This document shows, in pieces, positions 29,033 through 36,713 of a stretch of DNA of 64,000 nt (position 1 is the first letter of the stretch; every line of letters starts with the position of its first letter). The DNA lies in assembly GCA_965228735.1 (NCBI GenBank), contig OZ245838.1, positions 3,392,001-3,456,000 on the forward strand, written 5' to 3'. The position numbers and the translations under genes were made by a program. The notes beneath the pieces were generated by a model. It was not told the DNA's origin, ran no database searches, and saw only the letters and a list, made by a program, of their open reading frames with translations. This DNA is from Planctomycetota bacterium (GTDB lineage Bacteria; Planctomycetota; UBA1135; UBA2386).

Positions 29033-29926
29033 ATGACGAGCAGACTTGGATTCCTGGGATGCGGCGCCGTTCTGACGGTGCTCGGTTGGCCCGGTGAGTG
29101 GAACGCCACGCCGGCCCCCACGGCGCCGCCGGTGTCGCGACCGCTGATCGGCGTCACGGTCCCGAGCCAGGTCGCGCAGGTCGCGCCCGAACAGGCCGGC
29201 AAGATCGTCGACATGCCGTTCAAGGCCGGTGATCGCGTCACGCGCGACCAGGTGCTCTTCCGGCTCAACTCGACGCTGCAGGAACTCGAGGTCGAACGGC
29301 TGCGGCCACTCGCGGAGTCGGATCTCGTCGTCCGGCGCGCGACGGCCGAGCTCGCACACGAGCGGCAGAAGACGGCGCGGTTGCGCGACCTCGAGGACCA
29401 GGAGATCACGAGCGCCGCCGACCTGCTCGATCAGGTCCACCGCGAGACCGTCGCCGAGCTCAAGCTGCAGCAGGCCCGGATCGAACAGGGCCAGGCTCGA
29501 AACCGCCTCGCGCAGGCGATCGAGCGGCTGGAGCAACAGTCCGTTCGCAGCCCGTTCGACGGCATCGTGACCCTGCGCATGAAGAGCGCGGGCGAGAGCG
29601 TCGAACGCTTCGTCCCCGTGCTCGAGGTGATGAGCTTCGATCCGCTGTGGATCGAGTTCGATTGCCCGACGCACCGCATCCGCGAGTTCGAAGCCGGCAC
29701 CCGCATCGAGGTCACGCCGGCACGCCAGCCGGACGAGAAGCGCACGGCCGTGGTCGAGTTCGTCTCGCCCAAGGGCAACGCGGCGAGCCACACGCTGATG
29801 GTGCGCGCGACCCTGAGGAATCCGAGCGGCGCCGAGTCGTGGGGCTCCGGACTCAAGGTCCTCGTCCAACGACTGGAGCAACCGACCGGCCAACCGGCGG
29901 CCCGCCCGGCCCGACCCGGCAAGTGA
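29033..29926 (+). CDS. HlyD/RND periplasmic adaptor (membrane fusion protein)
   Basis: GKIVDMPFKAGDRV, coiled coil, VRSPFDGIV, VEFVSP. Confidence 0.85.
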   Translation: MTSRLGFLGCGAVLTVLGWPGEWNATPAPTAPPVSRPLIGVTVPSQVAQVAPEQAGKIVDMPFKAGDRVTRDQVLFRLNSTLQELEVERLRPLAESDLVVRRATAELAHERQKTARLRDLEDQEITSAADLLDQVHRETVAELKLQQARIEQGQARNRLAQAIERLEQQSVRSPFDGIVTLRMKSAGESVERFVPVLEVMSFDPLWIEFDCPTHRIREFEAGTRIEVTPARQPDEKRTAVVEFVSPKGNAASHTLMVRATLRNPSGAESWGSGLKVLVQRLEQPTGQPAARPARPGK

Positions 29927-29966
29927 GCCCGAGCGCGCACCGCCAGGAGAACACCGAAGAACTGCC

Positions 29967-30395
29967 ATGAACGACCGCCACGAACCCGAAGGCTCGATCG
30001 ACGAGCTGCTCGACGATCTCGAGATCCGCTGCGCCACGGGCGTCGGCGCGGCTCGCCACGTGTCCTCCTCGCGGCGTCGGATGGCGATCGCGATCCGCCC
30101 CGGCAACGTCCACGAACGCGGGAGCGCGAACCCGGCCATCGCCGGTGAGAGCACCGAGTTCCGACGCCAGGGACTGACCCTGCGAACGGCACGCCCGCTG
30201 ATGGTCGGCGACATCTTTCACCTGACGTTCGACGCGCCCGACTACGACGTCGCGCCGGTCCTCGCGATGTGCGAGCGCTGCTCGATGCTCGGGACGGACT
30301 CGTTCGAAGTGCGCTTCCTGCTCGTGCGCGAGCCCGACCTACCGGAGCCACAACCGTTCGCCCCGGCGGGCACGGACGACGAGCTCGACTCGTAG
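29967..30395 (+). CDS. PilZ-like domain protein
   Basis: AGGAG SD; SRRRMAIAIRP..STEFRRQGLTLRTARPLMVGDIFHLTF pattern; c-di-GMP motifs degenerate. Confidence 0.55.
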   Translation: MNDRHEPEGSIDELLDDLEIRCATGVGAARHVSSSRRRMAIAIRPGNVHERGSANPAIAGESTEFRRQGLTLRTARPLMVGDIFHLTFDAPDYDVAPVLAMCERCSMLGTDSFEVRFLLVREPDLPEPQPFAPAGTDDELDS

Positions 30396-30433
30396 CACGA
30401 AGAACCGCCGGCGGCCATCCCACACGAACGACA

Positions 30434-32299
30434 GTGACCGATACCGAACAGACCACACCGCGGCCAGCAAGCGGCAACGCGCTGAGCCTGACGGCGCTGC
30501 AGTGCGACCTGCGCACGCTGCTGGCCAACCGGCCGACGAACCGTGCTCTGCTCGGCGTCCTGCAGCACATCGGCGACCGGCTCGGCGCGGTCTACGCCGT
30601 CGTGCACGCTCGGCTCGGCGTCCATCTGTTGTCGGAGGAGTGGCAACCGCCGCGGAACGAAATCGACAGCGACGCTCGCGACTTCGTGAACTCGCGGTTG
30701 TGGGAAGCGATCTCGGCCGAGGAAGCGCTGTGCACCCGGGTCCCCGGCGGCGGCGTGCTGATCGCCGCGATCATGTACGACGGCGACATCGAGCCGTCGG
30801 GCGGTGCCGGCATCGTCGTCGAGGACTGCGACAAGCAGGAGGCGATGCTGATCCTCGCGCAGCTCGAGGGCGTGCTCGGCTTCCTGTCCCTGCTGCTCGG
30901 CGAGCGCATCACGGACTCGACGCAGCTCGCCGAACGCCGCGCGATCGAACCGCACGCGGCCGCCAGTCACCCGACGCGCCTCGCCTACGCCGTCATCAGC
31001 GAGGTCGAAGCGCGCTACGGCTGCGACCTCACGGCGATCGGCTTCGTGAACGGCAACCGCGTCGAGGTGGCGGCCGTCAGCGGCGTCGAAGAACTGCGAC
31101 AGGCCAACCCCGGCGTCGCCGTGCTGCGGGCGGCGATGGAGGAGTGCCGCGATCGCGGCGCTCCGATCGTCTGCGCGCCGAACGCCCGCGGCGCAGGCGG
31201 CGGCGGCGAGGGCGACGAAGTGAACGACGACTGCCGCCTGCACGCGCAGTGGAGCGCGGCGAACAACGGCAACGCCGTCGCGTCACTGCCGTTGATCTCG
31301 ATGAACGAGGTCGTCGCCGTAGTCTCGATGGCCCAGGGTGCGGGCACGCAGCTGACTGCCGCCCAGATCGAGCTCATCGCGGAGGAGCTGTCGGGCTACG
31401 CCGACCTCGTGCCGCTGACGCGCTCCGCCGCGCGCGGCCTCGTCGCGCACACCCGCGACGCGGTCCGGGACGGGCTCCGGCGCCTGTTCGCGCCGGGCGG
31501 CCGCCGGCTGCTCGCGATGCTGTTGATGTTCGCGGGACTGTCGACCTGGCTCGCGATGGGCACGCTCCACCACACGTTCACGGTGCCGTGCGTCGTGAAG
31601 GCCAAGGAACGGCGAACGATCGCGTGTCCGCGCAACGGCGTGCTGACGGAGCTGTTCGCGCAACCGGGCGACCGGGTGCGGGCGGGCCAGTTGCTCGCCG
31701 CGCTCGACGCGAACGAGGAGTTCCTGCGCCGCGCCGAGCTCACGGCCGAGATCGAGTCGCTCGACGCGCTCATCGACGCGGCCGTCGCGGACCGCGCAGC
31801 CGGCCAGCTGCGCGTGCACGAGGCCAAGCGGCAGAGCGTCGCCGCCGAGCTCGCCGTCGTCGACGAACGGATCGGCCAGTCGCAGATCCGGGCGCCGCAA
31901 GACGGCCTCATCCTCGAGGGCGATCTCCGCGAGAGCCTCGGCGGGCGCATCAAGATGGGCGAGCCGCTGTTCGAGCTGGCCCGCTACGACCAGGCGTCGA
32001 TCGAGCTGCGCATCCCCGAACGGCTCGTTCTCGCGGCCCTTGATCAGGTCGCGGTCGAGTTCGCCCCGACCGCGCGCCCGAGCGACGCGCTGGCCGTCAG
32101 CGAGCTTCGCATCGCGCCGGCCAGCACGGTGCTCGAAGGCACGAACGTGTTCCTCGGCGAAGGCACGGTCCCCATCGACCTCGGCGCGCTGCCGCCGGGG
32201 ATGGAGGGCACCGCCCTGATCGACGCCGGTCCGCGCTCGGCCTGGTGGGTGCTCACCCACCGCGTCACCGACTGGCTGCGGCTCAACTTCTGGCTGTGA
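30434..32299 (+). CDS. GAF-like domain(s) + TM + HlyD-type adaptor fusion
   Basis: GTG 30434; LRAAMEEC..HAQ..VASLPL (GAF), TM segment, GVLTELFAQPGDRV, IRAPQDGLILEGDL, WWVLTHRVTDWLRL. Confidence 0.8.
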   Translation: MTDTEQTTPRPASGNALSLTALQCDLRTLLANRPTNRALLGVLQHIGDRLGAVYAVVHARLGVHLLSEEWQPPRNEIDSDARDFVNSRLWEAISAEEALCTRVPGGGVLIAAIMYDGDIEPSGGAGIVVEDCDKQEAMLILAQLEGVLGFLSLLLGERITDSTQLAERRAIEPHAAASHPTRLAYAVISEVEARYGCDLTAIGFVNGNRVEVAAVSGVEELRQANPGVAVLRAAMEECRDRGAPIVCAPNARGAGGGGEGDEVNDDCRLHAQWSAANNGNAVASLPLISMNEVVAVVSMAQGAGTQLTAAQIELIAEELSGYADLVPLTRSAARGLVAHTRDAVRDGLRRLFAPGGRRLLAMLLMFAGLSTWLAMGTLHHTFTVPCVVKAKERRTIACPRNGVLTELFAQPGDRVRAGQLLAALDANEEFLRRAELTAEIESLDALIDAAVADRAAGQLRVHEAKRQSVAAELAVVDERIGQSQIRAPQDGLILEGDLRESLGGRIKMGEPLFELARYDQASIELRIPERLVLAALDQVAVEFAPTARPSDALAVSELRIAPASTVLEGTNVFLGEGTVPIDLGALPPGMEGTALIDAGPRSAWWVLTHRVTDWLRLNFWL

Positions 32300-32314
32300 C
32301 GCGGAACTCTTGAG

Positions 32315-34486
32315 ATGACCGGGCAAGCGGCAACGACGACGACGGCCACGGCCGATCGGAACGAGCGCGTGCTCGGGCCGCTCAAGGTCGGCCTGCGCCG
32401 CGACCTGCACTTCACGCGCCAGGCCACGCGCGGCGGGCCGCGTTACATCGCGCACGACCCGGTGACGTTCGAGAATCACGCGTTCGGCGCGGCCGACTAC
32501 CAGGTGATCACGGCGATCACGCACGAACGCACGCTGTCGGCGACGTTCGAGCAACTCGTCATGCGCGGCCTCGTCGAGGACACCGCGGATGGTCGCGACG
32601 GGTTCTATCGCTTCGTCATCTGGCTGCACGGCAAGGGCCTCGTGCACCTGCCGATCGGCAACGGCGACCTGCTCTGGGACCGGCACAACGAACGGCGAGA
32701 GCAACATCGCACGGCGTGGTACCGCACGCTGATGTACCACAAGGTGCCGCTCGGCAGTCCGGATGCGTTCTTGCGGCGCACGATGCCGCTGTTCGGCTGG
32801 CTCTTCTCGGTGCCGGGCCTCCTGCTCTGGACGGCGCTCATGGGGCTCGTCGCGTGGAAGTGCTTCGGCCGCTTCGACGAGCTGTTCGGCCAGGCCCGGG
32901 GTCTGCTCACGATCGCGAACCTGCCGCTGCTCTGGGGCGCGCTCGTCGTGCTCAAGGCCCTGCACGAGTTCGGGCACGCGTACGCGTGCCGGCGTTTCGG
33001 CGCCGCGGTGCCCGAGATGGGCGTCGTGCTGATCATGCTCACCCCGTGCGCCTACGTCGACGCGAGTGCGTCGTGGCGGCTCGATTCACGCCGCCGGCGG
33101 GCCATCGTCGCGCTCGGCGGCATGTACGTGGAATCGATCATCGCGGCCCTCGCCGCGCTCGTCTGGCTCGGCACCCCCCCGGGCTTCGTGCACGACCTCG
33201 CGCTCAACGTCGTCGTGCTCGCGAGCGTCGTCACCGTGCTCTTCAACATCAATCCGTTGATGAAGTACGACGGCTACTACCTGTTCTCGGACGTGGTGGG
33301 CGTGTTCAACCTGCAGCAGCGGTCCGCCGAGTTCTTGAACGCCTGGGTCGCGCACCTCGTGCTCGGCAGCCCACGGCCGCAGCACGACTACGCCCCGAGC
33401 GAACGCTGGCTCTACGCGACGTTCGGACCCGCGACCGTCGTGTATCGCATGTTCCTCGCGTTCGCGATCACCGCGCTCGTGATGGCGCAGTGGCCCGGCG
33501 CCGGTTTGTTCCTCGCCGCGGTGTTCTTCTACGGGCTCGCGATCCAGCCGACGCTGCGGCTCCTGCTGCGCCTGTGGCGGAACGATGCGCCCGCGCAACG
33601 CGTGCGCAGCCGCCTCGTCGCGGTGAGCCTCGTGACGATCCTGCCGATGCTCGCGAGCATGGTGCCGATCTCGTGGCACGTCACCGCTCCCGGCATCCTC
33701 GATCCGCAGTCGCGCGAGACGGTCCGCGCTCCCGCCGCGGGCTTCGTCGTCGAGCTCGACCATGCGATCGGCGATGCGGTCAGCAAGCACGACCGCCTCG
33801 GCCGCCTCGAGAACCCGGATCTCGAGGCTCGCCACCGCAAGATGCGGAACGAGCTGCTCGCCGAGCGCACGAGCCTCGACGCGATCGAGCTCGAGGACCC
33901 GACGCAGGCCGCGATCCACCGCTCCCGCATCGACTTCCTCGAAGCCGGCGTGACGGAGCTGAAGAGTCAGCTCGACGCGATGACGTTGACCGCGGCGACC
34001 ACGGGTCGGATCGCGAACCCCGAACGGCACGACTGGCGCGGGCGGTTCGTCCAACAGGGCGAGGAGCTGCTGCAGGTGCACTCGGAGCACCGCTTCCTGC
34101 GCGTCGTGCTCACCGACGAAGCCGTGTCGCGCACGCGGCTCGAGGTCGGCTCGCAGGCGATCGTGCGCTTCACGTGTGATCCGACGCGCGCGATCCAGGC
34201 CACGGTGCGCGACATCAAGAAGTCGGCGTCGCGCGAACGGATCCCGCTCGCGCTCACGATGCTCGCCGGCGGCGACGTCTACGCGCGCCCGCTCGCGGAA
34301 GGCAGCGCGTACGCGGTCGCCGACGAGCCGTACCTGCACATCCTGCTCGAGGTCGAGGACGTGCCGCTGGTCGATCGCGGCGCGGGGCTGACCGCGCGCG
34401 TGCAGTTCGACGCGCGCATCGAGTTGTTCGGCGCGTGGCTGCATCGCCGCGTGGTCGGGTTCTTCAACTCGTGGCGGATGTCGTAG
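32315..34486 (+). CDS. Site-2 (M50) zinc metalloprotease fused to HlyD-type adaptor, with PqqD-like N-terminus
   Basis: HEFGH zinc motif, PCAYVDAS, FNINPLMKYDGYY, multiple TMs, VRAPAAGFV, coiled coil; N-terminal LRRDL..YIAHDPVT. Confidence 0.85.
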   Translation: MTGQAATTTTATADRNERVLGPLKVGLRRDLHFTRQATRGGPRYIAHDPVTFENHAFGAADYQVITAITHERTLSATFEQLVMRGLVEDTADGRDGFYRFVIWLHGKGLVHLPIGNGDLLWDRHNERREQHRTAWYRTLMYHKVPLGSPDAFLRRTMPLFGWLFSVPGLLLWTALMGLVAWKCFGRFDELFGQARGLLTIANLPLLWGALVVLKALHEFGHAYACRRFGAAVPEMGVVLIMLTPCAYVDASASWRLDSRRRRAIVALGGMYVESIIAALAALVWLGTPPGFVHDLALNVVVLASVVTVLFNINPLMKYDGYYLFSDVVGVFNLQQRSAEFLNAWVAHLVLGSPRPQHDYAPSERWLYATFGPATVVYRMFLAFAITALVMAQWPGAGLFLAAVFFYGLAIQPTLRLLLRLWRNDAPAQRVRSRLVAVSLVTILPMLASMVPISWHVTAPGILDPQSRETVRAPAAGFVVELDHAIGDAVSKHDRLGRLENPDLEARHRKMRNELLAERTSLDAIELEDPTQAAIHRSRIDFLEAGVTELKSQLDAMTLTAATTGRIANPERHDWRGRFVQQGEELLQVHSEHRFLRVVLTDEAVSRTRLEVGSQAIVRFTCDPTRAIQATVRDIKKSASRERIPLALTMLAGGDVYARPLAEGSAYAVADEPYLHILLEVEDVPLVDRGAGLTARVQFDARIELFGAWLHRRVVGFFNSWRMS

Positions 34487-34506
34487 CTGCGACGCCATTC
34501 GAAAAA

Positions 34507-34548
34507 TGTCAATCACTGCATTGACAGATCGAGGACATCTGATAGGGT
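34507..34548 (+). promoter_or_regulatory. Sigma70-type promoter overlapped by palindromic operator
   Basis: -35 TTGACA 34521-34526, 16-nt spacer, -10-like TAGGGT 34543-34548; inverted repeats TGTCAAT-N6-ATTGACA (34507-34526) and CAGAT-N7-ATCTG (34525-34541). Confidence 0.6.
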
Positions 34549-34693
34549 TCCGCGCCCCAATGAGTCACCTATCAAGACAACCGGCGCGAGCGTACCCCAC
34601 GCCATCCGCCACGCGCGCAGGAATTGCGACGCCCGACTGACGGCTCGACCTCGACATTCGTCGACGAGAGAGTGTTCTCAGTCGCCGCGCCGC

Positions 34694-34736
34694 AGAGCCT
34701 CGCCCGGAAGCCCCGAGCGAGGCTCTCTTGGTTTTG
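34694..34736 (+). terminator. Attenuator/terminator-like hairpin in the leader
   Basis: AGAGCCTCGC (34694-34703) pairs with GCGAGGCTCT (34717-34726), followed by an interrupted T-rich run CTTGGTTTTG. Confidence 0.45.
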
Positions 34737-34968
34737 GCGCGTGATTGCGGCTCGCAGCGCTCGGGTCCCGTGACCCGGAACGCCCGCCCATCATCGAACT
34801 CGAGAACGAGGAGAAGCACGAATGAACGTCCAACACAGCATCCAGAACGGCTGACGTCGTCCGGCGGCGCGAGCCGGCTGCGACCACTCCGGTGGCCGTA
34901 TCGCCGGCCCGTGTTCCGCGACAACGGGTTCTGCCGGCGTCACCGATCCGGAACCGAGCCTGCGGTTG

Positions 34969-35049
34969 CAGGTGGCAGAGCCATGCTCATGCGGGTTCGA
35001 ATCCCGCACCTGACTTCGGATCAGGCCGCCCAGATCAGGGAACACCTGA
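34969..35049 (+). ncRNA. tRNA-like RNA element (T-arm, no anticodon arm), probably part of a larger structured RNA (~34860-35325)
   Basis: GCGGG-TTCGAAT-CCCGC T-arm (34991-35007); CCTGA-cTTCGga-TCAGG hairpin; CAGGTG (34969-34974) complementary to CACCTG (35043-35048); boundaries uncertain. Confidence 0.6.
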
Positions 35050-35300
35050 CGAGGGCTCCCGCGTTCGGCCGGCGCCCCGTCCCTTACAGCCATCCTATGA
35101 CGGTGTGCGAGAGCATACCTGTCCATAGGCACCGCCTGATATCGCCTTGTATGCACGGTACGCGTCGCGGCAGCGACGTGGTCACGCCACCGGTATGCCC
35201 GTTGCGCCCATTCGAAGGGGACGGCGCGCGGCGACCGGACGGGACCGCGAAGCGCCGCGGCGAACCGTCCATCCGCGACGACGGCGGGGCACCGGGGAAC

Positions 35301-35323
35301 GGGGCGCCGGCTGGCGCCTTTTT
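35301..35323 (+). terminator. Intrinsic terminator-like hairpin upstream of the slipin gene
   Basis: GGCGCC-GGCT-GGCGCC followed by TTTTT. Confidence 0.55.
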
Positions 35324-35434
35324 CGCCTGCGCCGCAGTTCCGACGTCACCCGTTCCACCGAACACCCAGTTCCCGAACCAGAGCAGTCCCCGAACCAGAG
35401 GAAGAACACCCAGAGAAAGCAGAGAGGAAGAACC

Positions 35435-36559
35435 ATGATCCGTGTCACCATCGAGAAGAACCAGATCGGCATCGTGCTGCAGGACGGCGACGTCCGGCGC
35501 GTGCTGTCGGCCGGCCGTCACTACGTCCCGGAGCGCGTGCTGCCGGGCGTGACGGTCGCCCGCCTCAACCAGCGCATCACCCGCCTGGCCCACAGCAAGC
35601 TCGACGCGATCGTCGAGTCGCCCGCGCTGCGCGACCTGCTCACCGTCGTCGACCTCGGCGAGGACGAGCGGGCCATCGTGTGGCGTGACGGCCGGCTCTA
35701 CGACGTCGTCGCGGCGGGCCGATTCGCCTACTGGAACGCGCCGTACGCGCTGAAGGTCGAGACCTTCAGCGCCACGGCGACCCGGTTCACGCACCCCCAG
35801 CTGAACGCGATCCTCGCTCGCGAGGATGCGCGCACCCAGCTGGTCGGCATCGACGTCGAGCCGCACGAGCGCCTGCTCGTGCGGCGCGGCGGCGAGCTGA
35901 TCGGTGTGTTCGGCCCGGGCCGACACGCGTTCTGGCGCCTCGGCGGTGCGGTCACGTGGCAGGACGTCGACATGCGCGAACAGCTCGCGGACATCGGCGG
36001 CCAGGAGATCATGACGGCGGACAACGTCACGCTTCGGCTCAACCTGACCGTGACGTGGCAGATCACCGACCCGGTGGCCGCGACGACCGTCGTCGCTTCT
36101 GCTGGCCAGGCGCTCTACCGCGAAGCGCAGCTCGCGCTGCGGGCCGCCGTCTCGGCCCGCGATCTCGAGCGCGTGCTCACGGACAAGGCCGATCTCAGCA
36201 ACGAGGTCCGCGATGCGATCGCTGGCCGCGTGAACGAGTTCGGCGTCCGCGTCGTGAGCACGGGCATCCGTGACATCGTGCTGCCGGGCGACATGAAGGC
36301 GATCCTCAACCAGGTGATCGAGGCCAGGAAGCAGGCGGAAGCCAACCTGATCCGGCGGCGCGAGGAAACCGCGGCGGCCCGGAGCCAGGCCAACACCGCG
36401 CGCCTCCTGGCGGAGCACCCGGTGCTCATGCGCATGAAGGAGCTCGAGAGCCTGGAGGCGATCCTGCGGGGCACCCGCAGCACGTTCGTCTTCGGGACCG
36501 GCGACCTGACGGCGCAGATGAAGACGCTCGTTGCCAGCCAGAAGGACGGCGACGAGTGA
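35435..36559 (+). CDS. Slipin family SPFH/band-7 protein with N-terminal repeats
   Basis: GAGG SD, ATG 35435; DVDMREQ..GQEIMTADNVTLRLN, LYREAQLALRAAV, GIRDIVLPGDMK, NLIRRREETAAARSQANTARLL. Confidence 0.9.
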   Translation: MIRVTIEKNQIGIVLQDGDVRRVLSAGRHYVPERVLPGVTVARLNQRITRLAHSKLDAIVESPALRDLLTVVDLGEDERAIVWRDGRLYDVVAAGRFAYWNAPYALKVETFSATATRFTHPQLNAILAREDARTQLVGIDVEPHERLLVRRGGELIGVFGPGRHAFWRLGGAVTWQDVDMREQLADIGGQEIMTADNVTLRLNLTVTWQITDPVAATTVVASAGQALYREAQLALRAAVSARDLERVLTDKADLSNEVRDAIAGRVNEFGVRVVSTGIRDIVLPGDMKAILNQVIEARKQAEANLIRRREETAAARSQANTARLLAEHPVLMRMKELESLEAILRGTRSTFVFGTGDLTAQMKTLVASQKDGDE

Positions 36560-36564
36560 GGCAC

Positions 36565-36601
36565 TGGCCGGTAGCGACCGTGACGCGGTCGCTACCGGCC
36601 A
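36565..36601. terminator. Perfect 16-bp inverted repeat after the slipin stop
   Basis: TGGCCGGTAGCGACCG-TGACG-CGGTCGCTACCGGCCA. Confidence 0.65.
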
Positions 36602-36713
36602 TGGCCATGCGCTGCGGCCGCGGCCGCGATCGCGGCGAGCCGGAGCCCCCGGGCGGTGGATCCGCGCAACCCCTGGCGAGCCGCGGCCGTATCCCGTTTC
36701 ATGGTGCGCCGCC

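Noticed and set aside
32315..34486. RiPP/bacteriocin cluster suggested by PqqD-like and M50 domains
   Set aside because: No precursor peptide or modifying enzymes nearby; the large LEPR-XLL protein is the more plausible substrate
34966..35020. Canonical tRNA gene
   Set aside because: Only ~17 nt between the possible acceptor 5' strand and the T-arm, so no room for D plus anticodon arms; no CCA. Kept as tRNA-like element
13720..35049. Functional link between extended PNPase and the tRNA-like RNA (Ro/Y-RNA/PNPase-type complex)
   Set aside because: 18 kb apart in unrelated transcription units and no Ro/TROVE gene in the window; proximity is not evidence
34565..35438. ORFs 34565..34924, 34728..35438, 34791..35156 and the 35147 extension of slipin
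   Set aside because: No recognisable motifs or coding-like composition; region is better explained as structured RNA; SD supports ATG 35435
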